Part shown: one piece after another, positions 18,560-29,289 of the stretch
Numbering within the stretch: the stretch's first letter is position 1
Layout of the letters: every line of letters starts with the position of its first letter
Origin: a virus
Reading direction: 5' to 3' (one strand)
IMG/VR virus record: IMGVR_UViG_3300048599_000897
Coordinates: 17,477 to 81,476 of that record
DNA length: 64,000 nucleotides
Translations under genes and position numbers: made by a program
The notes under the pieces: model-generated
Databases searched by the model: none
The model's input: the letters and a program-made list of their open reading frames with translations, nothing else
What the model was told of the DNA's origin: nothing

Positions 18560-20528
18560 CGTTGCGGTGCATCTCGATCACCTCGTCCTCAGTTGGCGTG
18601 CGATTCTGCGGTGCCGCCCATAGAGTTTGCGCCCAGGCGATCATGTCGTGGGTGATCCAGCCATCGATGAGCCTCTCCGATCCCGAAGAACTATGCACTG
18701 GCAGTCTCGCGGCATATCCTCCGCTGCTCGCAGCTGCGGCGTTGTAGAAAGACGGCTCGCACCCCGGCAGGGCGGATACGCCGTTGCCCCCAAGAGGAAT
18801 CCACGTTTGGCTGACGACCAACTTCACGCGACATGTGCGAACGCTGCCGTTGCCGATCCTGCCGATCCGACGCAGGTCTGGCAGACGGCGTGCCAGCATG
18901 TGAGCGTCAATACCGCTGGCGTGGCTGAGTTCCCACGCAGTGAGGCCGGGGTGCTTCCAGACCGCTACGCAGCAGCTCTGGGTGTCCGATGGACTTCCCG
19001 CTAAAGCGCCGGCGCTCCTGTTCGGGTCGGCTAGAGGTAGCGCATCCCGCATGGCCTCGACCCTTACCTCCCAACCAAACGGGGCCAGTTTTTCCATTTG
19101 GAGCCGCGCTGTCGTAACGCGACGGTTCGCCGTAAGCACCGCGAGGAGTTCGCGTCGTCGCTTGGGATCAAGCCGGTACCAAGCCACACCGGGCTGGTCC
19201 AGGAAACTCAAAAGAGCGATGGATGCCCTGCCCATCAGCGATTCGGTCGCTCCTTCGATCTTCAACTGGCCTTCAAGAACCGCCCGTTCTTTCTGGAATG
19301 CGGCGATTCTCGTGGTGTACGTCGCCTCGTCGATTGCGCCGGAGAGACACATGCCCAAGAGGCGCTCTGTCATTGATCTTAGATCGCTCACGCGTTTCCG
19401 CGTCGCAGCGGATTTTTGGACTGCGAGTCGTGTTCGTTGCTCCAGAGCGCTCAGGGCCGTTTGGCGGAACCACTCTCGCGCCGCGGTATTGGTGACTTGC
19501 ATGGCCGCAAGGTGGTTCATGACTGCCTTTTCCAGGTCGCCAACGCGCCAGCGGCACAACCGGTGATCCGTGGGCTTCTCGATGTTGCCGCACCGGTAAT
19601 ACAGGTATTCCTTGATCGTGCCATCGCTAAGCGGACGGCGCACCCGCTCCCCGGTCATCGAGTAGCCACAGACGGCACATTGAAACAGTCCGCCGGCCAG
19701 ATATAGGTCGGGGGACCCCGTACGCCGGTTCTTGCCGCGTTTAATCTCCTGACATCGGTCGAAGGTTTTCTGGTCGATGAACACGGGGAATTTCCCAGTG
19801 TAGACTTCCCCATGTCTAACGACCTGACCGATGTAGAAGCGGTTGTCGAGGACGGCTGCAACCACCGACCTAGTAAATCGGGGCTGGCTGGGGCGGTAGA
19901 CGAAGCCCTCTTGGGCCAGAATGTCCGCGATCTGGGCAAATGTCTTTGTTCCACTGGCGTAGAGTTCGAATATGCGATGGACAGCCTTGATGTTCGTCGG
20001 GTGGGGCTGGACTGGCGCTTCCCGATCACCTTTCACATTCCGGTAACCGAAGGGGGCCAGGCCGGTGGGCCACCCCTGGCGTGCCCGCTCGTTTATGCCC
20101 TTGATGACCTCCGTCCGAAGGTTGTCGGAGTAGTACTGCGCGACGGCGGCCATCACGTTGAATGAGAACGCCCCGGCAGCCCCAGGGCCGAAATGGTTGT
20201 CGACGAAGGCCATGTGGACACCGCAGGCATCTTCCAGTTCCTGCATCCGTACGGCGTCCCGCATGTTCCGGCATACCCGGTCCAGCTTGTGGCTGACGAT
20301 ATACCCGATCTGGCACCGCCGCGCGTTGCCGCGGACCCACTTGTACATGTCGTTGAACACTTCTCGCTCCGCTCCGCGCTTCGCCGATTCGGCGACTTCG
20401 AACTCCCGGATGACGGTCCAGCCCTCACAGTGCGCCTTTTCCCGCGTGAGGCGAAGCTGCGCGTCGATGGAGTAACCTTCTCGTTGTTCGCGCGATGAGA
20501 CGCGAGCCCAGATAACGGCGTTTGTCAT
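18522..20528 (-). CDS. Large serine recombinase (integrase) with extra C-terminal wHTH and small helical domains
   Basis: WARVSS catalytic Ser, KLDRVCRN, recombinase domain, CAVC...YYRC zinc ribbon, coiled coil. Confidence 0.88.
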   Translation of the reverse strand: MTNAVIWARVSSREQREGYSIDAQLRLTREKAHCEGWTVIREFEVAESAKRGAEREVFNDMYKWVRGNARRCQIGYIVSHKLDRVCRNMRDAVRMQELEDACGVHMAFVDNHFGPGAAGAFSFNVMAAVAQYYSDNLRTEVIKGINERARQGWPTGLAPFGYRNVKGDREAPVQPHPTNIKAVHRIFELYASGTKTFAQIADILAQEGFVYRPSQPRFTRSVVAAVLDNRFYIGQVVRHGEVYTGKFPVFIDQKTFDRCQEIKRGKNRRTGSPDLYLAGGLFQCAVCGYSMTGERVRRPLSDGTIKEYLYYRCGNIEKPTDHRLCRWRVGDLEKAVMNHLAAMQVTNTAAREWFRQTALSALEQRTRLAVQKSAATRKRVSDLRSMTERLLGMCLSGAIDEATYTTRIAAFQKERAVLEGQLKIEGATESLMGRASIALLSFLDQPGVAWYRLDPKRRRELLAVLTANRRVTTARLQMEKLAPFGWEVRVEAMRDALPLADPNRSAGALAGSPSDTQSCCVAVWKHPGLTAWELSHASGIDAHMLARRLPDLRRIGRIGNGSVRTCRVKLVVSQTWIPLGGNGVSALPGCEPSFYNAAAASSGGYAARLPVHSSSGSERLIDGWITHDMIAWAQTLWAAPQNRTPTEDEVIEMHRNVKRLVELVCLED

Positions 20529-20664
20529 GAGTATTCCTCGAAAATTCGTCCTAATAAGTCAATTGCGGCGGCTGGAGGGCGCTCGCCAACCGAATGCCCG
20601 TCGCGTCAACGTGGATTCTGCCGCCACTGACTACGTCATGTCATGCCTCCGCTCTTCCGGGTGA

Positions 20665-20693
20665 TTGACACCAACTGCGAATAACCGTGAAAT
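20665..20693 (+). promoter_or_regulatory. Sigma70-like promoter for the HTH-defence operon
   Basis: TTGACA-N17-TGAAAT. Confidence 0.55.
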
Positions 20694-20759
20694 ACTCACT
20701 CGATGCTCGCGAGGCCGACAGGGCGGCACTGCCCCATGCTCCAAAGCGGAGGAAAGCAG

Positions 20760-20948
20760 ATGGCCAAGCAGACACAAGACGTGGTGATGACCATTGACGA
20801 CCTGGCGGTTTACCTGAAACTGTCGACATCCACGCTCTACAAACTGTGCGCCGAGGGCAAGGTGCCGGGCACGAAAGTTGGCCGTCACTGGCGGTTCCAC
20901 AAGGCGGTGATCGACCGGTGGCTTGGAGACAAGACCACGAAGGTTTGA
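20760..20948 (+). CDS. Excisionase/AlpA-like HTH DNA-binding protein
   Basis: MTIDDLAVYLKLSTSTLYKL...KVGRHWRF; GGAGGA RBS. Confidence 0.88.
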   Translation: MAKQTQDVVMTIDDLAVYLKLSTSTLYKLCAEGKVPGTKVGRHWRFHKAVIDRWLGDKTTKV

Positions 20949-21016
20949 TCCCTCCAATAGGCAATCATCAGGCATCGTGTTTGGATCACCAATGAAGCGA
21001 TCCGAGAGGAAACAAG

Positions 21017-24000
21017 ATGAGTCAACAAAGACCAAGCCCGATCCTGCCACGTGTGGGCATGCTCGCCGTCACGCGGAATCGACGCGGGATCGTGAGCGAG
21101 GTGCGGCCATTTGGGGGGACACATGGCCCGCTCCAGCACCTGGTTCGCCTCGAATACAAGGACGACCTGCGGCCCGAACGAGATGACTTGATCTGGGAAC
21201 TGGAGCCGGCACCGCAGCTGCTGGAACCGGGCGAGTTGCCTTCATCGCGCAATAACCCGATGCCAGCGGCAGATTTTGACGCGTTAGTTCGGGCGGCGCG
21301 ATGGACGGCCATTAATCCTTTCATCGATCCCGACGATACTGGCCCCGCCACACGCCAGCCCATTTCGGCTCCGTTTCATGGCGCTGTTGAGATTGACGAT
21401 TTTCAGCTTGTTCCGCTGCTCAAGGCGCTGCGGATGCCGCGTGTTAGCCTGCTCATCGCTGACGACGTTGGGCTCGGGAAGACCATTGAAGCCGGCCTGA
21501 TCGTCAGCGAACTGATCATCCGACGCCGCGTAAACCGGGTTCTGATCCTCACCCCGGCATCGCTGCGTATCCAGTGGCGCGATGAAATGTGGTCGAAGTT
21601 TGCAATGCCCTTCGATGTTGTCGACAAGAACTCGTCGCTCAAACTGAAGCGCTCCCTGGGAATCGACGCCAATCCGTGGCGTTGCTCCAACCGAGCCATC
21701 GCCTCGTACCATTATCTGCGTCAGCCCGATGTCCTTGAGCAGTTCCTCAGTGCCAGCAGAACTGCCGAAGGAAGCGCGCACCTGCCGTGGGATCTGTTGA
21801 TCGTCGATGAAGTCCACAACCTCATGCCGGCCCCAATCGGCGAAGACAGCCAGCTTTGTCGGATGCTGCGGCAAATTGCTCCGCTGTTTGAGCACCGGCT
21901 GTTCCTGACCGCCACGCCGCATAATGGCCACACCCGTTCGTTCACGGGGCTACTGGAATCTCTGGACCCCGTCCGCTTCACTCAGACCGATGAACTGCGG
22001 CCGGCGGAACGCGAGCGTGTAAAGCAGGTCGTGATCCGCCGACTTAAACGCGAGATCAACCAGCGCACTAGTCCCCCGCGATTCTGCACCCGCAAGCCAC
22101 CCCAAGCGATTGTGCTGAGCCTATCCCCGGCCGAGCTGGCCTTGGTGACCGCGTTTGACGGCCTGCGTAGCAAGGTGCGGTCGCTAGTGGCGCAGGCGTC
22201 CAAGCAGCGGCGATTAGCCGGGACGTTCGCCATCGAAATCCTCGGCAAACGCTTGCTCAGCGGCCCGACGACCTTTCTAGAATCCTGGCGTCGCTGCAAG
22301 GCGGGTATGATGGAGGAAGCCGCTGCCGCCGATGAAGAAGTGTTGGCCGCAGAGAAGGTCGTCAACGAAGATACTGCCGATGACCGCGAGGCCCAACAAA
22401 GGGAATCCACCGCTGCCGGCGTCGTCGGGGCGTGGATGAAACCCATTGCAGCGGACATTGCCGCCGAAATCGACCAGATCGACTCCGCTGCGGTTAAGCT
22501 CAAAGTCAAACTCGACCAGGATATCGTCGCCCAAGATCCCGCAAGCGATGCCCGCTATAAGGCGTTGTTCGATCTCATCAACAGTTCCCTTCGCTCGGAT
22601 GGCAAATGGCTCGTGGATGAGCGCATTGTCGTCTTCACGGAATACAAGACGACACTCGACTACCTGTTGCGTCGCCTTCGCCACGACTTCGTGGATGCCG
22701 ACCGGTTCCTGTGCCTCTTCGGCGGCATGGATGACCCTCAACGCGAGCAAATCAAGCAGGCGTTCAATGACCCGGAGAACAAAGTGCGTGTACTGGTTGC
22801 CACGGACGCGGCGTCCGAAGGCCTGAACCTCCAGAGTACCGCCCGTTACCTTCTGCATTACGACTGCCCATGGAATCCCTCTCGCCTAGAGCAACGCAAT
22901 GGCCGGCTGGATCGCCACGGCCAGGCGCGGGATGTGCAGACCTACCACTTTGCCAGTACTCAGCATGCTGATCTGCATTTCATGGACTATCTGATTCGCA
23001 AGGTCGATCAGATTCGCGAGGATCTGGGCGCTACCGGGGACCTGTTCGATGAGGCCACGCATCGTCGCTTGATCGAGGGCGAGGATGTCACCGCTGTCCA
23101 GCAGGCCCTGGAACTCGGGTTGGCTAAGGTGAAGACCGCCACAACGGTCCCGGTGGACGACACAATTCGCGACGGCGACGGCAGCGGCGACGACCAAGCC
23201 CAGCAACAGCTCAAGGCTCTGGCAGAGGAACTCGACCTGGACGGCGATGCCGCCTACGGCACGCTCGAAACAGCTCTGGCGGACAAGGTCGGCCATCCGC
23301 AGCTTGGCGAACTTGATAATCTGAAACGCTTCGATCTGAAACGCCCCGACCTCCCGGGCTGGAAGGATTTGATTGACCAGTCCGTCCGCCTGCAGAATCC
23401 CGGCGGCACCCTTGGCCCAGTGCCCAAATTGACCTTCACTCCCGAAGCATTCATGGTGAAGGTCGGGCCGCGCAGTGTTTTCCGGCCGCGTAACGATACG
23501 CTCATGCTGCACCTCGCGCATCCCATCATGCGTAAGGCAACCGGCAGTCTCACCCGCCTTCGGTTCCCCGGCCCCATGTCGGTGTCGCGTTGGGCTGTGC
23601 GAATGGGACCTGTGCCCAAGGGTGCGGATGCCTTGATCGTGCTGTATTTAGAAGAACTCGCGGTCAACGACCTGCGCGAGACGTTCCATCACTGGATTCG
23701 CACGATTCAGTTCCCGGTAAATGGCGACACGCTTGGCCCGTCGTTGCCACATGTGCCCGCGATTAAGCTGCGGAAGGCAACTGCCTGCCGCGATGAAGTT
23801 CTTACCGCCAAGGCTGCTGCGATTCTCGATGACCTCCAGCCCGAGTTACGCAGGTTCATCAACGAGTGGCGCAAGACCATGACGGCGACGCTGAAGAAGC
23901 AACTCAGCATTGACGGAGAACAGGCCCGCAAAGATGAGGACCAGCGATACCAAAGCCGCCAGGGCGAAGTATCCAGCCTGATCGCGGAGAACACACTGGC

Positions 24001-24280
24001 CAAGCTCGAACGCGAAATCGGCTTGCTCAAGTCGCAGCGCAGCCAGGGATTACTATTCGCCAGTCAAGGCGACCTCGACGCGATTGACCGCTCCATCGAA
24101 ATGCGGCAAGAAGAACTGAATCGACGCCGGGCGCATTACGAGGAGATACGCGAACAACTCGCCCGCGAACGGGAACGCGTCGTCAAAGTGCTGTTGCCCA
24201 ACCGCTATGCCCTTCAGGGTGAAGCACAGGTCTTCCCCGTGGCTGTAGAAGTCCGGTTCCCCGCAGGAGGTGCCCAATGA
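21017..24280 (+). CDS. drmD: SNF2-family helicase, DISARM DrmD-like
   Basis: LIADDVGLGKT, IVDEVHN, TATPHNG, SEGLNLQ, WNPSRLEQRNGRLDR. Confidence 0.8.
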   Translation: MSQQRPSPILPRVGMLAVTRNRRGIVSEVRPFGGTHGPLQHLVRLEYKDDLRPERDDLIWELEPAPQLLEPGELPSSRNNPMPAADFDALVRAARWTAINPFIDPDDTGPATRQPISAPFHGAVEIDDFQLVPLLKALRMPRVSLLIADDVGLGKTIEAGLIVSELIIRRRVNRVLILTPASLRIQWRDEMWSKFAMPFDVVDKNSSLKLKRSLGIDANPWRCSNRAIASYHYLRQPDVLEQFLSASRTAEGSAHLPWDLLIVDEVHNLMPAPIGEDSQLCRMLRQIAPLFEHRLFLTATPHNGHTRSFTGLLESLDPVRFTQTDELRPAERERVKQVVIRRLKREINQRTSPPRFCTRKPPQAIVLSLSPAELALVTAFDGLRSKVRSLVAQASKQRRLAGTFAIEILGKRLLSGPTTFLESWRRCKAGMMEEAAAADEEVLAAEKVVNEDTADDREAQQRESTAAGVVGAWMKPIAADIAAEIDQIDSAAVKLKVKLDQDIVAQDPASDARYKALFDLINSSLRSDGKWLVDERIVVFTEYKTTLDYLLRRLRHDFVDADRFLCLFGGMDDPQREQIKQAFNDPENKVRVLVATDAASEGLNLQSTARYLLHYDCPWNPSRLEQRNGRLDRHGQARDVQTYHFASTQHADLHFMDYLIRKVDQIREDLGATGDLFDEATHRRLIEGEDVTAVQQALELGLAKVKTATTVPVDDTIRDGDGSGDDQAQQQLKALAEELDLDGDAAYGTLETALADKVGHPQLGELDNLKRFDLKRPDLPGWKDLIDQSVRLQNPGGTLGPVPKLTFTPEAFMVKVGPRSVFRPRNDTLMLHLAHPIMRKATGSLTRLRFPGPMSVSRWAVRMGPVPKGADALIVLYLEELAVNDLRETFHHWIRTIQFPVNGDTLGPSLPHVPAIKLRKATACRDEVLTAKAAAILDDLQPELRRFINEWRKTMTATLKKQLSIDGEQARKDEDQRYQSRQGEVSSLIAENTLAKLEREIGLLKSQRSQGLLFASQGDLDAIDRSIEMRQEELNRRRAHYEEIREQLARERERVVKVLLPNRYALQGEAQVFPVAVEVRFPAGGAQ

Positions 24281-27200
24281 GCACGGACACTCTCCAGTGG
24301 TGGGGTAATCTTCTTCACGGCGGAATGCTGCTGGACCTGCCCCGGCTCAATCAGGTTTTGACCCCGCCAGTCGATCCATTGCCCTGGTTCACGGTAGACC
24401 GCCTGCGGCGCGAACTCGCCGCATTCGCCAGCGACCCGAGCAAGACTCGCAGCAACTTCGTGGCCTTCGTCCTGGAGAAGGTTTGCATCTTCCATCCGCC
24501 GGAGGGCACCTGGCACCGTGGATCAAAGGTCGACGCCTCCTGGACCCGGCGCGGCTTTGGCAACGAAGCTATCCGCCCTTCCCACCTTTGGGTCGGCCCG
24601 CACGATTCGTACTTGCCGGTCTTCCTCGATGACAACAAGCGGCTGGGTATGGGTCGGGGCAAGCGCATCCACTCGCAGGCCCTGCAATGGCTTCGCGCTA
24701 CGGGCCAATCCCTCGCTATTCTCACCAACGGCCAACAGTGGCGTCTGCTCTTCGCTGGGCTGGATTTTGATGCGTTCGTCGAATGGGACAACAGCCAGTG
24801 GTTTGCCGAGGGCGAGGCCTCCCCCGAACTGGCGGGCTTTCGTTCATTGCTCCAACCACGCCTGTGGCACAATCCGCAACCCGGAACTGCGTCGCCCCTG
24901 CTGGCTGCCATCCGCGAAAGCCGCAAGGGCCAGGCCGATCTGTCAAAGGTTCTCGGCGAACGTGTCCGTCAGGCTGCCGAACACCTCGTCCAGGCCCACT
25001 ACGCTGCGCTCGCCGGCGAGAAGGATCTCCCCCCGGCCGACATCTACCGCGCCGCCGTGCGCATGATCATGCGCCTGGTGGTTGTGCTTTTTGCCGAAAG
25101 CCGCGAGGGCCTGCTCCCTCGCGACAACACTGTCTATTATGGCACCTACAGCCTTCACGGCCTGCGCGAACTACTGGAACGCATCAGCCCACATCGTCTG
25201 GCGGATGCCTACGCAGCCTATCCACGCATTCTGTCGCTGCTGCGGCTGATCCACGGCGGCTCCTACCACGAAGCAATGCCGGTGCCGGCGTATGGTGGCG
25301 AACTTTTCGCACCCGGCCGCGCCGACAGCCCTGACCCCATGAGCCGGGCGCTGTATCTCTTTGAGACGGCGTGCCTGAACCAGAGCCTCATGAGCGATCT
25401 GGACGTCCGCAAGACGCTCGACCTGCTCACCCGCACCCGCGTCAAGATTCGCCAGGGGCGCACGGCAACCTGGATGACCGCGCCGGTGGACTTCTCCGGT
25501 CTGGACAGTGAATACATAGGCATTCTTTATGAAGGTCTGCTCGATTTTGAGCTCCGCTGCGCCGCAAACGACGAACCCATCGTCTTCCTCGCCGTAGGTA
25601 ACGAGCCGGCCCTTCCGCTGAGCACTCTGGAGCAGATGGACGATAGCGCCATCAAGAACCTCTTGGAGAAACTCAAAGACACCTCCGCCGATGACGAGGA
25701 GGAAGAGGCCGAAGATGAGCCCGATGAATCGGCCGAGGCCGAAGATAATGCTGAAGCCGAAGTTGAGGAAGTCGCGGAAGTAACCGCCGAAGAAGAAGCC
25801 GTCGAGGCGCAACCCGACGCCGATTCGCACTACACGCTCCAGGCTCGCGCCGAGAATTGGGCCAAACGGGTGTGCCAGATCGCCAACCTGGTCGCCCGAC
25901 CTCGCGGCACAATGACGCCGGAAAAGCAGATGCAGTACGAACGGGCGCTGGCGGCCAAGGCTCGGCAACTGGTCGTCAAGGTTGTTCTGCCCGGCGAGTG
26001 GTATCTGGTTCGATGGGGAGGGACCCGCAAGGGCTCGGGCACGTTCTACACCCGGCCGCCATTGGCTGTGCCTACCGTGCATCGCACGTTGCGTCCCCTT
26101 GCCTATGACCCACCTGTGGGCGCAGATGGCAAACCTAACACGATGGCTCCGCCCCATGTGTGGAAGGTCAAGATGCCAGAAGCCATTTTGTCTCTGAAGG
26201 TCTGCGACCCAGCCTGCGGTTCGGGCTCGTTCGATCTGGCGGCGCTGCGTTTTCTCACCCAGGCACTTTACGAGTCAATGCAGAAGCATGGCCGTTTCCG
26301 GCAGCACAACGGCCGCGACATCATGGACCTCATCATGGACAGCCAGGGCCGCGAATCCCTGGTCAACGAAGCCTTGCCTTGCCGCCCGGATGATGATGAT
26401 TTTGAGCCGCGAGTGAAAGCCATCCTCCGCCGGTACGTGGTGGAGCGCTGCATCTATGGCGTCGATCTCGACCCACTGGCCGTGGAGTTGTGCCGCCTGT
26501 CGCTCTGGATCGAAACCCTCGACCGCTCCTTGCCCCTGACCTTCCTCAACCACAAAATCAAGGTCGGTAACTCTCTCGTGGGCGCGTGGTTCGACCAATT
26601 CCTCCACTACCCGGCGATGGCATGGGAGCGCGAGGGCGGAGACAAGAACCACACTAATGGTGTTCACTTCCAGAAGGAATCATGGACCAAGGCGATCAAA
26701 GAATTTGCCAAAAAGGTCAAGATAGACCTGATCCACTTCATCGAAGGGGCGCAGCTCTTCTACCCCGTGGACCTCGCCACCGTTCGCAATGGTCACGATG
26801 CTGCCGAGGCCGCGCTCAAGGAAATCCACAACCTTGGCATCGCACAGGTGGATCAGCGTGCTGAGAAATACGAAACACTGCGTGCTGACACCGCGTTTTT
26901 GAAGCTCAAGGAGGCCTTTGATCTCTGGTGTGCCATGTGGTTCTGGCCCGCCGACCAGCTCGCCCACGCTCCACTTCCCACGCAGTTTGCCGAAGGAAAG
27001 CTTAACAACACCGCCCGTGAGGTCGTCTATGGGCTATCTCGGCAGATGCGGTTTTTCCACTGGGAGTTGGAGTTCCCTGACGTGTTCAACGTGGGCTCGG
27101 GCGGTTTTGACGCCGTGTTGGGCAATCCGCCGTGGGACATTTCCAAGCCCAATAGCGCTGAATTTTTTTCTACGGTCGATCCCCTTTACCGTGGGTACGG

Positions 27201-29289
27201 CAAGCAAGAGGCAGTCGGTATGCAACGTCGCTATTTTGAACGCGATGCCACGACTGAGCGCCGATGGCTAGAGTATACCGCCCGTCTCAAAGGCATGAGT
27301 AACTGGGTCAAGTACGCCGGTTTCCCATTTGGCGACCGGGTCTCAACAGATGAAGATGGAAAACAGTCGCACGACCTGAACCTCGGCGACCGTGGCCGCG
27401 ACAGCTTCCATAGCTCCGAGCGCCGGCACAAAAAATGGAAGCAGAAACGAGAGGAATCCTCTGGCTACGCCGACGTTTGCCATAGCTTCCGCCACCAAGG
27501 TTCCGCCGACTTGAACTTGTACAAACTCTTTTTGGAGCAGGCCCACTCAATCCTGGCGGACGGCGGACGACTGGGTTTTGTTGTCCCTTCTGGGCTCTAC
27601 TCCGACGTCGGCACAGGTAGCCTACGCCGTCTTTTCATCGGCAATTGTCGCTGGGAATGGCTCTTTGGCTTTGAGAACCGCGCTGGCATCTTCGACATTC
27701 ATCGGTCGTTCAAGTTCAACCTTGTTATTATCGCCAAGGGTGGGCAGACGGACACAATCCGTACGGCATTCATGCGTCGAGACCTAGCAGATTGGGAGCG
27801 AGGGGAAGCGTTGGCCACGCTGTATCCACGCGAGCAAGTGATTCGATTCAGTCCCGTATCGCTGGCAATCTTAGAATTGACTACACAGAAAGACTTGGAC
27901 CTTCACAGTCAGATGTACGCAACTTCCACGCCAATTGGCGGCAAGGATGCCTGCATCCCGGTCAGGTATTTTAATGACGAGTTCCACATCACAAAGGACT
28001 CCCGGCTCTTTCCACCCTTGCCAAAATGGATTAACGAGGGCTTCCAGATGACCGAGGAGGGTGTCTGGCGAAGAGGATCTGATGTTGCGGTCCCGCTCTA
28101 CGAAGGACGGATGATTGACAGCTTTGATTTCAGTGCCAAAGCTTGGATAAGCGGGAAAGGCCGGACCGCAGTATGGGATGAAGTCCCTTGGCAAAACAAG
28201 CGATTCGGGCCGCAATATTTGATGAGCCAGCCTGATTCGTGCAAGAGCAAGTACGTGGATCTCAAGCGTCCCGTAATCGTCTACAAAAAGGTTACATCGA
28301 GCACAAACCGACGAACCCTCTATGCCACAATAAGCACACGAATACCAAGTTGCGACTCCGCGCCGGTGCTCATGCCACTTGCCAACCGACTGCGCAACTG
28401 CTTACGACTGTGCGCTGTACTCAACTCGTTGGCTTGTGATTACACGTTCCGGCGACGAATGTCAGGCGTGACAGTTACGTGGCAGTATATGTCTGAAACG
28501 CCTTGTCCAAAACGCATCGATGATTCGTTAACAATGTTTGTTGCTCGCCTCGCACTTGCCCATGCACATTTTGCACCAGAGTGGTTGATGCTTTGTGCGG
28601 GGCAACCACTGCAATCATGGAAAGCGAAATGGGCTTGCACCGAGCACGAGCGTCGGCGGCTGCGTGCAATCGTTGATGCTGTTGTCGCCGCCTCATACAA
28701 CCTCAGTGCCGGTGATTTGCTCTGGATCCTCGACGAGTGCGACTGGCCCAAAGTGTGGCTACGCAGCAACCTGTCCTCCCGCGGACGGAATCCAAAAGGC
28801 TTCTGGCGTGTCGACAATGACCTGGACCCAGAGCACCGCCATACCGTTCTCTCCCTAGTGGCTTTCCGGGACCTCCAGAAACAGATTGACACATGCGGCG
28901 GCGACGAAGCCGAGGGCATAAAAGCGTTCTGTAGCCAGAACGACGGTGATGGATGGATGCTGCCTGAAACGCTCCGCTTGGCCGACTATGGTCTTGGCCA
29001 TGACGACCGTGCCAAGGAGTACCAGCCCGTTCGCGAGTGCTTTGGCCCGCGATTCTACGACTGGCAACTCGCCCAAACCTCCGAGGAAAGCTGGAAGGAA
29101 TGCCATCTCCACGCCCGCAGTCTCTTGGGCGCGGCGGGTTATGAACGCCTTCTTGCTGAGATTGAAGGCAAGCCTGCCCCAGATGCCGGTCCCGCTGCTG
29201 CCCCCAACACCATCGACCACCGAAGCGGCACGCTCTTCGACACGGACGATGCACCCCTATTTCAGAAATCCGTCAGGAAGGAAAAATAG
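24277..29289 (+). CDS. Large N6-adenine DNA methyltransferase (DrmMI / Type IIG-like) with a variable TRD
   Basis: RKGSGTFYT, DPACGSGSF, IYGVDLDP, FHWELEFP, GNPPW; AT-richer TRD segment at ~27.85-28.75 kb. Confidence 0.88.
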   Translation: MSTDTLQWWGNLLHGGMLLDLPRLNQVLTPPVDPLPWFTVDRLRRELAAFASDPSKTRSNFVAFVLEKVCIFHPPEGTWHRGSKVDASWTRRGFGNEAIRPSHLWVGPHDSYLPVFLDDNKRLGMGRGKRIHSQALQWLRATGQSLAILTNGQQWRLLFAGLDFDAFVEWDNSQWFAEGEASPELAGFRSLLQPRLWHNPQPGTASPLLAAIRESRKGQADLSKVLGERVRQAAEHLVQAHYAALAGEKDLPPADIYRAAVRMIMRLVVVLFAESREGLLPRDNTVYYGTYSLHGLRELLERISPHRLADAYAAYPRILSLLRLIHGGSYHEAMPVPAYGGELFAPGRADSPDPMSRALYLFETACLNQSLMSDLDVRKTLDLLTRTRVKIRQGRTATWMTAPVDFSGLDSEYIGILYEGLLDFELRCAANDEPIVFLAVGNEPALPLSTLEQMDDSAIKNLLEKLKDTSADDEEEEAEDEPDESAEAEDNAEAEVEEVAEVTAEEEAVEAQPDADSHYTLQARAENWAKRVCQIANLVARPRGTMTPEKQMQYERALAAKARQLVVKVVLPGEWYLVRWGGTRKGSGTFYTRPPLAVPTVHRTLRPLAYDPPVGADGKPNTMAPPHVWKVKMPEAILSLKVCDPACGSGSFDLAALRFLTQALYESMQKHGRFRQHNGRDIMDLIMDSQGRESLVNEALPCRPDDDDFEPRVKAILRRYVVERCIYGVDLDPLAVELCRLSLWIETLDRSLPLTFLNHKIKVGNSLVGAWFDQFLHYPAMAWEREGGDKNHTNGVHFQKESWTKAIKEFAKKVKIDLIHFIEGAQLFYPVDLATVRNGHDAAEAALKEIHNLGIAQVDQRAEKYETLRADTAFLKLKEAFDLWCAMWFWPADQLAHAPLPTQFAEGKLNNTAREVVYGLSRQMRFFHWELEFPDVFNVGSGGFDAVLGNPPWDISKPNSAEFFSTVDPLYRGYGKQEAVGMQRRYFERDATTERRWLEYTARLKGMSNWVKYAGFPFGDRVSTDEDGKQSHDLNLGDRGRDSFHSSERRHKKWKQKREESSGYADVCHSFRHQGSADLNLYKLFLEQAHSILADGGRLGFVVPSGLYSDVGTGSLRRLFIGNCRWEWLFGFENRAGIFDIHRSFKFNLVIIAKGGQTDTIRTAFMRRDLADWERGEALATLYPREQVIRFSPVSLAILELTTQKDLDLHSQMYATSTPIGGKDACIPVRYFNDEFHITKDSRLFPPLPKWINEGFQMTEEGVWRRGSDVAVPLYEGRMIDSFDFSAKAWISGKGRTAVWDEVPWQNKRFGPQYLMSQPDSCKSKYVDLKRPVIVYKKVTSSTNRRTLYATISTRIPSCDSAPVLMPLANRLRNCLRLCAVLNSLACDYTFRRRMSGVTVTWQYMSETPCPKRIDDSLTMFVARLALAHAHFAPEWLMLCAGQPLQSWKAKWACTEHERRRLRAIVDAVVAASYNLSAGDLLWILDECDWPKVWLRSNLSSRGRNPKGFWRVDNDLDPEHRHTVLSLVAFRDLQKQIDTCGGDEAEGIKAFCSQNDGDGWMLPETLRLADYGLGHDDRAKEYQPVRECFGPRFYDWQLAQTSEESWKECHLHARSLLGAAGYERLLAEIEGKPAPDAGPAAAPNTIDHRSGTLFDTDDAPLFQKSVRKEK

